Virus record (IMG/VR): IMGVR_UViG_3300030110_005581
Source of the DNA: a virus
DNA: 64,000 nucleotides
Direction: 5' to 3' (one strand)
Below the pieces are notes generated by a model, which worked only from the letters and a program-made list of their open reading frames with translations, was not told the origin of the DNA and made no database searches. Both the position numbers and the translations under genes were made by a program. This document shows positions 11,201 to 22,200 of this stretch, piece by piece (positions within the stretch are counted from its first letter, which is position 1; each line of letters opens with the position of its first letter).

Positions 11201-12154
11201 ATTGCCTGCCATAAACCTATCGCCGTGCTTGTGCACGCCTCCCATCCAGAGGGTGCCCATTATTTTATCAAATTTGTCATTATCTTGATCGGTGGAAATA
11301 AAAAAGACCATACCTTGCTTTGGCACTGCTGAGTCCTTAATGATAACAGAACTAGCAACTCTACCATAGTCGTCTTCTGTGTGGAAAAAATCTTCTCCTG
11401 TTGCATCCTCTAACTCATCCACAACGGAACTCATGTCTAATTTACACATTGCAATTGCTGCCAAATCAGAAGGAAATGCGGTGCCAGGTATTTCTTGCTT
11501 AATTTGAATTGGGATTTTATATATCACTCTCCCACCCGGCAAAACGTGCTTATATTTTTCTTTAATAAAATCTCTTTTATTTTGAAGCCCAAGGTGTGCT
11601 GGTGCTGAAGTGTTTCCGGAGCTTTCGATAATATTATCTAAAGCTTGTGAGGTAAACTTAAAGTCCTCGCCGCTAAGGAGCTGAGTATTACTATAAAATG
11701 GCCACTCAGGATCTCCGGACAGAGTTTTCTTTGTGTCCAAATGCGACAGTAGTTCGCCGGCCGAGATTCCGGGGAAGTTGGATAGATTTTTTTTCGAAAT
11801 AAAATGTTGATAGGCGGCTTTGCCTTTTTCATTCTTAAATGTTATAATGTGCACTTTTAAGAATTTAAAAATATCATCAACAAAATCTCCTATCTCATCA
11901 AAAAGGTCTTGTGTTTCTAAAAGCAAATTATATGTGACAATAAGCTTGTTCGCTTGTGTGAAATCGTCCTCTGTAGGGCTGCCTGTATAGCCACCCGTAC
12001 CAGAAGCTCTCTTGTCGATGTGGGCATCAATTGCCGCTTCTCTGTTTGCAGCGATTTTATTTAGAGCCCCAGAGGCCCCCTCTAAAGTTATTTTATTAAT
12101 ATAAACACTCGGCAAAAAAGAAGTTACCAAGCCATTTAAGTTGAAGCTAGCCAT
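8249..12154 (-). CDS. Large hypothetical protein, probably virion structural
   Basis: 1301 aa ORF whose start overlaps the upstream stop at 12154. Located in the tail module. Confidence 0.5.
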   Translation of the reverse strand: MASFNLNGLVTSFLPSVYINKITLEGASGALNKIAANREAAIDAHIDKRASGTGGYTGSPTEDDFTQANKLIVTYNLLLETQDLFDEIGDFVDDIFKFLKVHIITFKNEKGKAAYQHFISKKNLSNFPGISAGELLSHLDTKKTLSGDPEWPFYSNTQLLSGEDFKFTSQALDNIIESSGNTSAPAHLGLQNKRDFIKEKYKHVLPGGRVIYKIPIQIKQEIPGTAFPSDLAAIAMCKLDMSSVVDELEDATGEDFFHTEDDYGRVASSVIIKDSAVPKQGMVFFISTDQDNDKFDKIMGTLWMGGVHKHGDRFMAGNVHVSGQDHPYLDYVMIDNNSVQDFRQVAEIKKQIFNFEQQKSIVFGGNYVNNQLHQVAAADFSNLSCFGDLITSVNTKRQAKLLFSIDWGKIVKKNCAIPALLDKMSNINGGAKATEFLAQNGVPIIKSLKIYRQRVDVPASNDPINNTGRKLIYDGYPNIFYTGQMGNADIQEGEEFVVEYNPEAKSALSPVILEDSILKGSANSSHVSYYTFTDYDIKSISRGAFKYSMEVEIEDPTLNYFINSYAKVNFAINKIKPMLTFVNGQYATTPLAQEQFFNSQTGQFSNFAIQIFKACFWDDLVSSDIISDAAMAVMNFAMLAQNKPATNISNLTSLLSITNGTPESFNTFSEILILVADKMKSVIDSYSTAPIPKTWGSYYPIEKSLGGQVVTGGEIRAIKVEHVFKKPTELVTTTHVDAGYEYLAGTIKSPLPNQTTAEIGLKAILSSNYIARSLNEFNQYFPNFNNGPLVMPVKIPAYNGPQSDQQLNLNLMPQIGMHLKVPNGATHLPSYIVDHQNNDENEYWMVVNNILRYKLDLYGDTGNNHSLGYGPNDVIDGNTGIGPQMERILKEYQTLAYKGVYFPQASIISPHTIADPAASKKKIIGDIPGAPNDQFSWDSLENSPLPPEVAFENLENTMPSDQIIKTMQVPWAENYGQEKLLLALINGTFIAPTVLDAKLGSFDPMLVKSTLYKHVNAIYNNMFYGMPQGAAANHSIALAATAAALQQLPYQALALIANLNLESRVALENFVSPGAENKINPDFRYYLHGGNPQLYEKPQGILPSSEEIQNQDLKIDRFGQFWFNHMNVVEVQYLAGYEGVKNAPKPVSNGNPGEKRYEEVFNAALGAPIWEPLTVSKLNAINIAVDQATAKGSSIHLLCRLVKRRYDMFNTKAYDALDMPLYDEHFLLTTQHQVENFAGNAYVTGFPDNTIAAGSPGLQMEDVGPVASPVAPAGFFDPEDTSGGNFSAGVPDGIPGGDFDL

Positions 12155-13230
12155 CAGTCACACACGTCCCCTATATCTTCTATGTTTTGATTCTCTTCTG
12201 TGCCATATATATTGGGCGCAATATAATCTCCCTCATCTAGATCACTACAATGGAATATGTGATCTGTATAAATATTCTTAATTTTTTCTTGGCCATTTTG
12301 AAGACTGCAGAACTCCTCTTCATCAATATCAAAATCAAAATCAATGTCAAGATAATATTCAACATGCTTTGGCGTAACTACACCATCTTCACCTACAAAA
12401 TACAATCTCTCTAGAGTATCAGCATTCGCCCCGTTTGCCTTCGAAGATACCATAAAAACTTCCACATCAAAATTTTCTTTTTTAAAATCAGTGTTTTCTT
12501 CTTCAATCTTTAAAAGTGCAAAATCATCATGAATGACAATATACGAGTCATCCATTAATTTGTATGGGACATTAATGCCGTACTCTAAGTGGTGGGCATA
12601 TAAAGGAATGTTTTCATATAAAACTTCTGGAATTTCATCTGAATCTTTGTATTTTGGATTTGGTGCATAAAAATGCGCCTCATACTGCACATCGCACTCT
12701 AGTTGAGGAATAAAAGTTGTAGGCACAGTAGTTGATCCGGTCTGTAAAGCATTTACAGATCCAGTCCATGCGTAATCAGCAGAAACTAGCTTGGCTTTAT
12801 AAAATCCGACATTCCAAGCGGCTATATTGTTCGAATTGTATGCGGAGGTTCCAATTGGATTTGCATAAATATGAGTACTGTCTGCAGTCTCAAGGAGAAA
12901 ATCGCCGGCTTCTTTTTCGGAGGCGGCCACAACACCAGGCATTAAATTATTGACAAATGCTGCGTCTTCAGAAAAAACACCAACCTCGGCGGGGCGATAA
13001 ATGCTTTGAGGCTTTAATCTAGGAGTGTTTTCTTGAATCCTGCCTTCTATGTCATTCTGAAGCTCTTTTGTTGTCGCAGAAGACGAATTTACATATTGCC
13101 TATCATATATAATATCATCATCAAAGAACGCATATTCATAAGGCTTAAGCTTTCCAAGTGAAAGCAAATATCTACCATAGGAAGTTAATTCTAGATTTAA
13201 GGTTTCTTCTTTTGGGTCAGCGTATGTCAT
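12154..13230 (-). CDS. Putative tail structural protein (paralogue of 3166..4158)
   Basis: 358 aa. N-terminus LELTSYGRYLLSLGKLKPYEYAFFDDDIIY shares the LTxxGRxxLxxG..K..YAFxDDxIxY pattern with 3166..4158. Confidence 0.55.
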   Translation of the reverse strand: MTYADPKEETLNLELTSYGRYLLSLGKLKPYEYAFFDDDIIYDRQYVNSSSATTKELQNDIEGRIQENTPRLKPQSIYRPAEVGVFSEDAAFVNNLMPGVVAASEKEAGDFLLETADSTHIYANPIGTSAYNSNNIAAWNVGFYKAKLVSADYAWTGSVNALQTGSTTVPTTFIPQLECDVQYEAHFYAPNPKYKDSDEIPEVLYENIPLYAHHLEYGINVPYKLMDDSYIVIHDDFALLKIEEENTDFKKENFDVEVFMVSSKANGANADTLERLYFVGEDGVVTPKHVEYYLDIDFDFDIDEEEFCSLQNGQEKIKNIYTDHIFHCSDLDEGDYIAPNIYGTEENQNIEDIGDVCD

Positions 13231-13246
13231 TTTTTATCTCTTTAAT

Positions 13247-13253
13247 TAAATAG
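13247..13253 (-). promoter_or_regulatory. Putative late promoter CTATTTA
   Basis: Intergenic, 16 nt upstream of the ATG at 13230. Confidence 0.5.
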
Positions 13254-13290
13254 ATATGTTATTGATTTGTTTAGTTTATTAAAAATTTGC

Positions 13291-16200
13291 CTATGGCGTA
13301 TTATTTGGCACCGTATTATCAACAGGAGAGTCTTGTGATACTGGGCCGGTAACTTCAATAGTTTGCGAAGTTTGGTCTATAAGCTGAAGTGTGACAAACT
13401 GCTCAGAATTAAGACTCGTTTGTTTTTTAAACACTTCTGCGCCAAAACCTAACTCTTTCTTATCAAACACTGAAGGGTCGGTCTGCGTTATTGAATTAGA
13501 GACTGGAGGAATAATCCACACTGGTGAAGTGAAAGGTAATATATTTAACATGTCAATTATTGTAGGCAATGTATCTGGCACTTTCTGACGCGGAGTCATG
13601 GAAACTGTTTCATTAATCTTTGCCAACTCAATCAATGAAAAGAAGTCGTATGGCCAGTTATAATTGTAATTTATAGGCTCGGAAGATGGCGGCTTTGGCC
13701 CAGGGCCTTGCCCAGGGGGTGGAGTTGGTGGGTTGTTGCCAACAACAATATCATCATAAGACCAAGCTGCTTTTTGTTTTACTTTGAAGACCATCCATTG
13801 TATGTTTTTTGGAAACAGCATGCTCTCTCCAGGAATATCATTTAACAAGTCAAACCCTTTGCTTTGCTCTAACATATCTTCCATAGATTCGTTAAATTCT
13901 GGCTGTGTGGTATCGAACGGGGAGCCCGATTGAAGATTAATTCCAATATCAATTTCTGCTGCCGCTGCTTGAATTCCGCTGGCTGCATCTGTTCTTGGCT
14001 CCGAGGGTAGGACTCCTTGCCACATTTTTACCAAATCATCTTGTGTAAAATGATGCTCAAATTCAAATATGACCATTGCCATTGGAGCTTGATTTTTGTT
14101 TTGAATAAAATCAAAACTAGGCGGAATAACAAACTTGTCCATTGACTGAACCATACTAACTACTGATGGGGCGGGCTTATATTTTATGGCGTTTTCAACA
14201 CCCGCTAATTTATTAGTCAAATAATCAATATCCTTAATCTCAGGATTTGATAGTTTTATTTGAGCCCAGTCAATTGTTTTTCTGTCTATGTGGAAGAAGT
14301 TTCTAGAGCCCTGAGCGTCTTCATAGAAAGGCACAGCCACAACAGCTTCGCTTACAGTTTTTCCACCAGAAGGTATTTGACCGATCTTTCTAGTCGGATC
14401 TTCATCAAAGCCTAGCAGTTCTGCCAAGTCTCCAACTGTATCTGGATCATCAGTTGCATCTCCTGGCTGAATTTCCAAGAATAAACCACTGGTGTTGGAA
14501 GGGATTGTTCCATATTGGTGCCACATTCCCTTCGCAGTCGCAAAGTCTCTATTATCAGCCATGCCTTCTACGATCGCGTCTGGGGTTGTAAAATCTAATA
14601 CTGGGCACTCCCACTTAGGTTGAATAACCCATCGTGATTTGCCTGAGCCGGCGGATACGACTTTATTCCAATTTATAGACTCACTCAGTTGCATTGCGCT
14701 GGCTGCAGCTGCATTAAGGCCACCGTTGGGGCTGAAGCCGGAGGCAGTCAAAGCTTGCGCGGTTATCATCTCTCTGTGATATGAGGCGGTTATTCCAGAA
14801 ATAATATCTGTTATGGTGTGGTTGCCATCATATTTCGCTTTGTAAGAAAGTTCAATATGGCTATATCCATTGTAATATGGCGGAGTGTAGGCTTCAAAAC
14901 TTGATGTAGGGACTCCAGTGAAGCCGGAGCCATTCACGTAACTTGTAAAGCCGCCGGCGTACATTGGTGGCCCAAACGAGGATCCATAAATAGGAACATA
15001 AGATGTTGGATAGCTTGCAGCGACATTGTGTACTCGTGCGAACCACGGGATCAAACCGTAAGAAGAGTCCAGGCCGTAGTAGTCTGTTTGAGAAGTGCGA
15101 TCCCACGCCCTGTTATACATCATTATTGTGGGCTCGTTATATATATAGGAGGCTCTGTTTGCGGCGCGTGCAGCTCCAGCAGTAGTGGTTGTGTCAAGAA
15201 GTGTAGATAAGTTTTTAATTTTTGAATGCGAACATACAATCCTCATCTTGTAGGTTTTATCCGCCTTCATCGGAATATAATCCCCAGTGTTGTCATTGGG
15301 GTCTGTGCCAAAACCAGTACCCTCCAACGTCTCTTTAGATGCAAAAGTCGTCATTGGGCCATAAGGCGAATTATTGTTTCCGGCGGTACCGCCCAAGAAA
15401 AAGCGAGGGACTTCTGCAACGAAATTATTCATTGCGCGTCGATATAGGTCGTTTGCTGGCTCTTCAAAACTACCTGTGCTGTTAATCGAAGCTGAATGGT
15501 GGCAGTCGCTATCGACAATTTTCTGAAGGCTACTTAACCAATAATCAGGATTTACAAGAGCTTCAAATGGCACACGATCTGTGGAGGGTGCCGTATTGAC
15601 AGCCATGTAAAGTTCAGCTCCTTCAGGATTAAAATAGTCTGTAGTCGGCCCTTTGTAGATAGGGTAGTCTACAGCTAAGCCAGATTTAATTGAATTATAA
15701 AGTATGCCGGGGGAAAAGAAGGGCATCAAAAGCGTGCGCCAATTAGCGTTAATGCCAATCAAGCTTGCACTAGGGGCGAATGATTGGCTGAATAATGTTG
15801 CCAACTGTACGCTCCTTTCTGATGGGTAGAAGCCATCATAAGGTAAAAATTTCATAATAGCATTACATTTCAATGTAAGGTTTGTTGGGGCAGCCACTTT
15901 TGAAAAATCACTCTCAATTGGCTGAAAATATTTCAAGAAATCAGAATTGGTATATGTTGTGTAAAAGGCGCCGTTTCCAGAAGTGTTATCGTTACTTCCG
16001 CTTATGACAGCTCCCGTCAAAGAAAGCCAATCGCGATTGGGGGCCAGGAAGCCGCCGTCAGATGCTTTGTCTACAACATGATATTTCATGTGCTCGCTGA
16101 TTCTATATTCTGGGATAATACCGTAATCTTTACCAATTCTTTTGACATCCTCGACATACTCTTTATAAGTGTCGTATGAAGGGTTATAGCCAGCTTGTTC

Positions 16201-19200
16201 TCCTGCCTCCCACTCAGTCTGGCCCCAAAAGAAAGTGCCAACTCCTGGATCCAAGATGGGAACTCTACGATTGTATGTGGCTGCAGGGATTGGGGCAGGC
16301 CTTTGTGCTGATAAATTGGCATGCCATATACTATAAGAATTTTGAAGCTCGCCCTCTGAGCCGGAACTATATAATTCATCGCCTGGAGTGGTTACGCGGC
16401 CGAGCATATCTGCATCCAAAGACCATATGCTCGCTGATTGCCAAAATGCTGTATGTGCGGTTGTTTTATAGCCTTGAGAATTAGTTAATTCAAGATTTCT
16501 GTTCGAACGGCCGTCTTTCCAGTAATTGTTAATGTAATTTGCGCGCTCCCTCACTAAAGAGAGATAAGTATAATGTTCTCTTGGGTAAATCCCTTCACTT
16601 ATACGCATGTGATGGAAATCTTCAATTGGGTTTGCGTCTCCGCTAACATAAGTTGGAGTATTCCAAAGTAGGTATTTTTTCAAAGTATCGTAAGCTAAAA
16701 TTTTATCATCAGCACTTTGAAGTGTTTCGCCAATTTGTCCAGCTTTAGACCAGACAAGTTCGGAATTATTCAAGTCTATAAGATTGCTTATTTCCGGATC
16801 AGGAACATTTGTAAAGTATGCTTTTTCGTTCCCATACGATGTCTGCATATTTATTGACGAACCGGTAACTGCATTAGGCTGGTCAGATTTATACATAAAT
16901 CCGTACTGAAGTGGACTAAACTTTGATGTAATCGGAGGTTCAATTTGTGACACAATTCCAACACTGTCGCCAACGTATTTGCCATCAACAGTAGAAGAGG
17001 ATATTTTAGTGAATGTTTGAATGTTATTTTTGTAATTGTATCGCATGATAGGGCCTTGGGATGCGCGCAATTGTTTCCAGGAGGCGTTGCCGTATGGTCC
17101 TTGCCTATGTAATATTAAGCCATTAAACGCAATAGGGGTTGAAAGGCCTGCGCCTGCAAATACTTTATCAATGCCCGTGTTTGATGATGCACTTACAAGA
17201 TTTTTATATGGAATGACAGGATCATAAATTATCTCATTAAGGCCCGCAAAATCCATTGGAGCCCCGCTTAGGCCACCGTGAAGTGATGGTGTCCACTCAC
17301 TGGCAGACAGAAAAGTAATATCCGTAGAGGCCAAACTAGCGTTGCTGTAGTCGGGCTTCTCAAAGCCATAATATGCAGAGCCAGTATATCCATATGTAAC
17401 GCTAGCTGTAATCCAAGCGTATTGTAGATCTGTTTGTGGTAGTTGATGCTGAATAAACCAATTGTCATAAACGAACACATTACCAATATAGACGGCGCCT
17501 TCTAGTTTTTTGACGATGGCACCGTTGTTATTTATTACCATATTAGCGGAAACCAGAGTTCCATCCAGCGATCCATATTGTGCCGGCAACGTTAAGCCTG
17601 ATGTCCAACCTTCACCACCCCACCAAGCCTTTAGCCTACTGACTCTAGAATGTTTACTTAAATCCCCGGGTCCTTGGCGCTCGATTGCAGGATCAAAGCC
17701 TGTGGTACCATAATAAATTTCCTTAATCTCAGCAAGGGTACATTCCCGAGCAAAAACACTAATCTCATCTATATAACCCTCCCACGCTCTAACATCGGAC
17801 ATATTTTCTCCGATAAAACAGTCTGCGGCGCCGGCCAAACTCTTATAAGAGCCAACTGGAGTTTGAGTTTCTGTAATCGCTACGGAAACACCATTGACAT
17901 AAATTGTGGGATTGTTTGCTACGCTTGTCCCGTCATAAGTGAGGGCAACGTGGGTCCATTCCCCAGTGCTTATGACTGAAGCGTTTGTCTGCCATACCCC
18001 CATCGTTGTTGAAAAGTCTGCAAAAAAGTTTATCTTTCCAGAATTATCAACAAAAAGGCCCACTTTCTCTGCAAAGTCGAATATGCGTGGCTGATTGTTT
18101 CCGCCGGCATGCGATAAGCTTGTTGGGTTAACCCAGGCAGAAAGAGTATATGATTGTGTTGAGCCGGCCGCTGTACCAACAATAGCATCCCAAGTTGCTG
18201 CAGTTCCGATATTAACCCTATATGTGGTACCATTAAAATAAATAATTTTGCTATTGTGATATTCTATCGGTGCCAATCTTGGCTTACTATTTCTATTAAC
18301 TTTATGGAAAGAGCCTGTTCCATCATAGTTTTCAGCCGATACAGAACTGCTGCCGCCTATATAAATTTCTCCTGCAAGTAGATATGCAGTTTCTGTCTGA
18401 TTGTCACTAAAGAATCCAAACTGGTTAGTGTGATCTGTGGACCACTCATTCAATGGGCGTCGGACATTTAAATTTCTCCATGGCAGAGAGTTGTAAACAC
18501 TGTACTCTCCAGCTGCAAGATCAAGCATTCCCTGACCCATAGTTGCTGGGGAGCCAGGCGCTGAAAAGCGATTCACAATAATAGAATCTGAGCTTCCTGT
18601 TAAATCTCGCCTTGGCATCGCAAAGTCAATAACGCCCGTAACAAAAGTCGAAGGAGCATAGGTTGAAGGCAGCGCTCCAGCCTCTGCCAAATATCTGTTA
18701 TTGATAGATCGACCATTTGTCATGATCAAATCATAATTATGTGAATAATTTCCTATGTTTGTGGCATTAAGTACTTGATCTGGCCTTCCTGGGATATTTG
18801 TTGCAGAACCAGTAAACATCTTTATGTTTTCAATATTTACTGGGCGTTTTGCCATTACACTCCTAAACATACTACCTTTTTCAAGATTGGGATTGGGCGC
18901 CATATTATTGCCATATCCCGAACCGAAGGCATATATGCTACTAGCGGAAAGCATGATTCTCCAGCCCTCTATTCGATTTGTAACATTGTCTGGGGTGGTG
19001 TTGTGTGGTCTCAAGTTGCTATTAATGTGCCTGTATACTTTCCCTCCAACAAACTTCTCAGTGAAAGGGCCCTGCACTGGACGGCCATACATTGGTCCAT
19101 AAGTGTCTTCGTGAAGGTTGGTTAAGTCGACACCTTGCATAAAATTAGTGGCCAAGTCGTCATGGTAGCCGCCGGAGATAGATGCGCTGTAAATGTCAAA

Positions 19201-22200
19201 GAAGGCATATAGATCTCCCTTAGAAGTGAAATAAGAATTTTCTGCAGTGCTTAGCTTAAAATTATTAACACTTGAATTAAAAGATTGCTTTCTTTTGCCA
19301 TTGTTAAGAGCAAGATCGTCATTACACTGCTCAAAAGGCAATACAGAAGAGGTTGGAACAACCATGTAGCTGCCGCTTGTGCTTTGTTTTATGAATGTAA
19401 GCAGGTCTGTTTGCTTATTTGCAAATTCATTTACACCGCCCTTAACTAGTGGAGACTCATCAACTTCAAGCCTCAAAGGCGGTGCTAGGCGCCTGAGTGC
19501 ATAAGTTGAGCCGGCATATGTTGTTATGCCGCCTGATCCGGTAGCGCCTAAAGTTGGCGCTGGTGTATTTGTGTCATTTACTATTGAGTCTAATATAGAT
19601 TGTTTATCTTCATTAACCCCTTCCACACTAGAGCTTAAGGCAGGGTTTGATTTTTCGGCGCGCTGATTCCACCACAAACAATTATCTGCTTGTGAATTTT
19701 CACAAGTAAAGGATGTGATTAAAGGAGAGTTTTGAGGTGAGCCACCATAACCGTTGCCCGATGAATCACCGCCGTTTAAGTCACTGAGCTTATAATAAGC
19801 CACCAAATCAACTGGCAAAATAGAGCTTATATCGGCAGCACAACCATTATTGTACAGTAATAAAGCTTCTTGCGCGCTCAACTCTCTGCTAAAGAGGGCA
19901 AAATTGCCAATAGTGCCATCTAAATAAAATGCAGTTAATCCACGTCCGATTTCAAAATTCTGTGTAAGGTTTTCCATTGCTGTATACAGGCCAGAATTAA
20001 ATGCTGTTAACGTGAGCGCCACACCATTAATGTACATGGATATTCCGCTAGCGGCGGTGCCTCCACCAGCACCGTTATATGTAACTGTAATATTAATAAG
20101 CTCATTTTGATATGAGGTCAATGCTGTTGATCGCGCATTAACAGTTTGGCCAGTACTTTCGTCTGTTAAATAAAGTTGTAGTCTATCTGAACCATCAGTA
20201 AAGAAATAATATTCTTGATTACTTACGGCGCCATATTTAGAAAAAAGACTTTGTGACGTCATATCTGAAGTTTTAAACCAAAAATTAACTGAAAAAGGGC
20301 TATCAGATGTGCCATTTCCAAAACTAAAAGCAGCTGCATCGGGGACTGAGAAGTATTGATTCGATGCTTTAGCAAACGTCATCATTTTGATTTCGTTTAG
20401 CGGGGCATGGCCGTGCTCCCAATCATAAAGAAGTTCATTGATCCCCGTAAGATTGCCTTCAATTGTTGGAGTCTTGTCTTCTAAGGTTGGATATTTCCAT
20501 CTATATTTATTTCTTTGCAGTACTGTGTTTTCTACCATGGTTCGAATATTCGAGCCGTACTGATCTGTCATATCGGAAGACATTGGTATCAAATATCCCA
20601 AAAGGGAATCTAGTGTAAGATCTATCCACTTATAGAAATCAACATACTTATCCAAGTCGGGAGTATTGCCGACTCGCTCATAAAACATTTGTCGCAACTT
20701 CGCCATGTTTTTATAATCATCGCGATATTTGTTGACGGGCTCTCCAACAAGATTATTAAAGTCTTTGACCGTGGAAAACATCTTTATCATCTCATCCGAA
20801 ATGGTCTGATACATACTCTTTTCAATAGATGTATAATAATTTGTTGGACGTGCTATCTCGCCTTTATTAAAGAACTCGTCATCGTCAGTTAAGATATTGA
20901 CCATATCTGCACTAGTAATCGTCTCTGGAAGTTGTTTCTTCCCTGAGTTGACGTATTTTTTATTTATCGGCAGGGTTGAGCTAGCTAAGAATCCAAAACC
21001 TTTTGGCAAATATTGTTTACCCACAATCTGCCCAAACGGCCCATATTTAGATACCTTTTGAACTGAGCCTGAAGAATAATCTTCGCCAATGAACTGACCA
21101 CTTGAATCAGAACCGGTTACAGTATCAAATGTCCAATTGAGCACCATCGTGTCGATTTCTGGTATTTTAGTGCCCGTTAGAGCCGTAGGATATAAATACG
21201 TGCTCCTGAAGGGGTGCTCAGTGCCATAATTTTTTACATCCTGAGTGTGCTGTTGAATAGTGCCTGTGGGCAAATGTTTAAACCAAACTCTTGTTGAAGA
21301 GATGTTTCCATCCGCTTTTTGCAAAATCGAACCAGAAAAGTTAGTGCGATGTGCACCAATGTAAGGCGCTTTCGGCTTATTTAGGAACAGGCTCCCATTG
21401 TCAGCACTAATTGTTCCAGTGTGGTAAAATTCATTTTTTACATAATCTGCAATCTTCTCAACACCATAAAACTCAACCAGATAGCCATTAGTGTTTACCG
21501 ACCCTGATGATCCATCTGGTAAGTTAGCGTTTACAGTCGGGGTTGGCCTAACTGAAACAGAGAATGACCACCGCGTGTCATTAAAGACATTATCAAAGTA
21601 ACTACTTGAAAGATTAAGAGCGCCAATAGCGGAGCCGACAGTACCAGTTAAAAGAAATTTTGCTCTCTGTGAATAGTCAGAAGCCCTAATTGCAAAAACT
21701 TGGAAGTTAGCAGTGTCTGTCGATGCCCATGTTAGATTATTTCCAGTAGCGGCATCCCTGACTTGGTGCATCCCAAATAGAGAAGCTGTGGTGTAAGGAA
21801 TATATGACCTAAACTGACGGCTTGGGCCCTCATCGGTTGTTGCAACTGTGTTTGTGTCCGCTATTGAAAAACGTATTGGAAAGTGGACTTCCGACTCCAT
21901 TGTAAAGCCCAGATAGTCAGTTAGCCCATAAGTGCCTGATATTATAGCTTTTGAGTTAGAATTTGCACTTGAGGAGTGGGCAAAGACAGTACCTTCTGCA
22001 CTTCCAGTAAGTCCAAAATTTACATACTTTTTGTATTCTGCAATTGATTGGTAATTGTCTTTTAATTCGTAAGTTACTCTATTACCATACGTGTTTATTC
22101 TATAAATCTCATCACCCACCCCAAAACAATGAAGCATGTTCCTAAAAGACTTTTCTGTACCTTTTGTTTTGTTGATATAGATGATGTTGTTGTAGATGTT

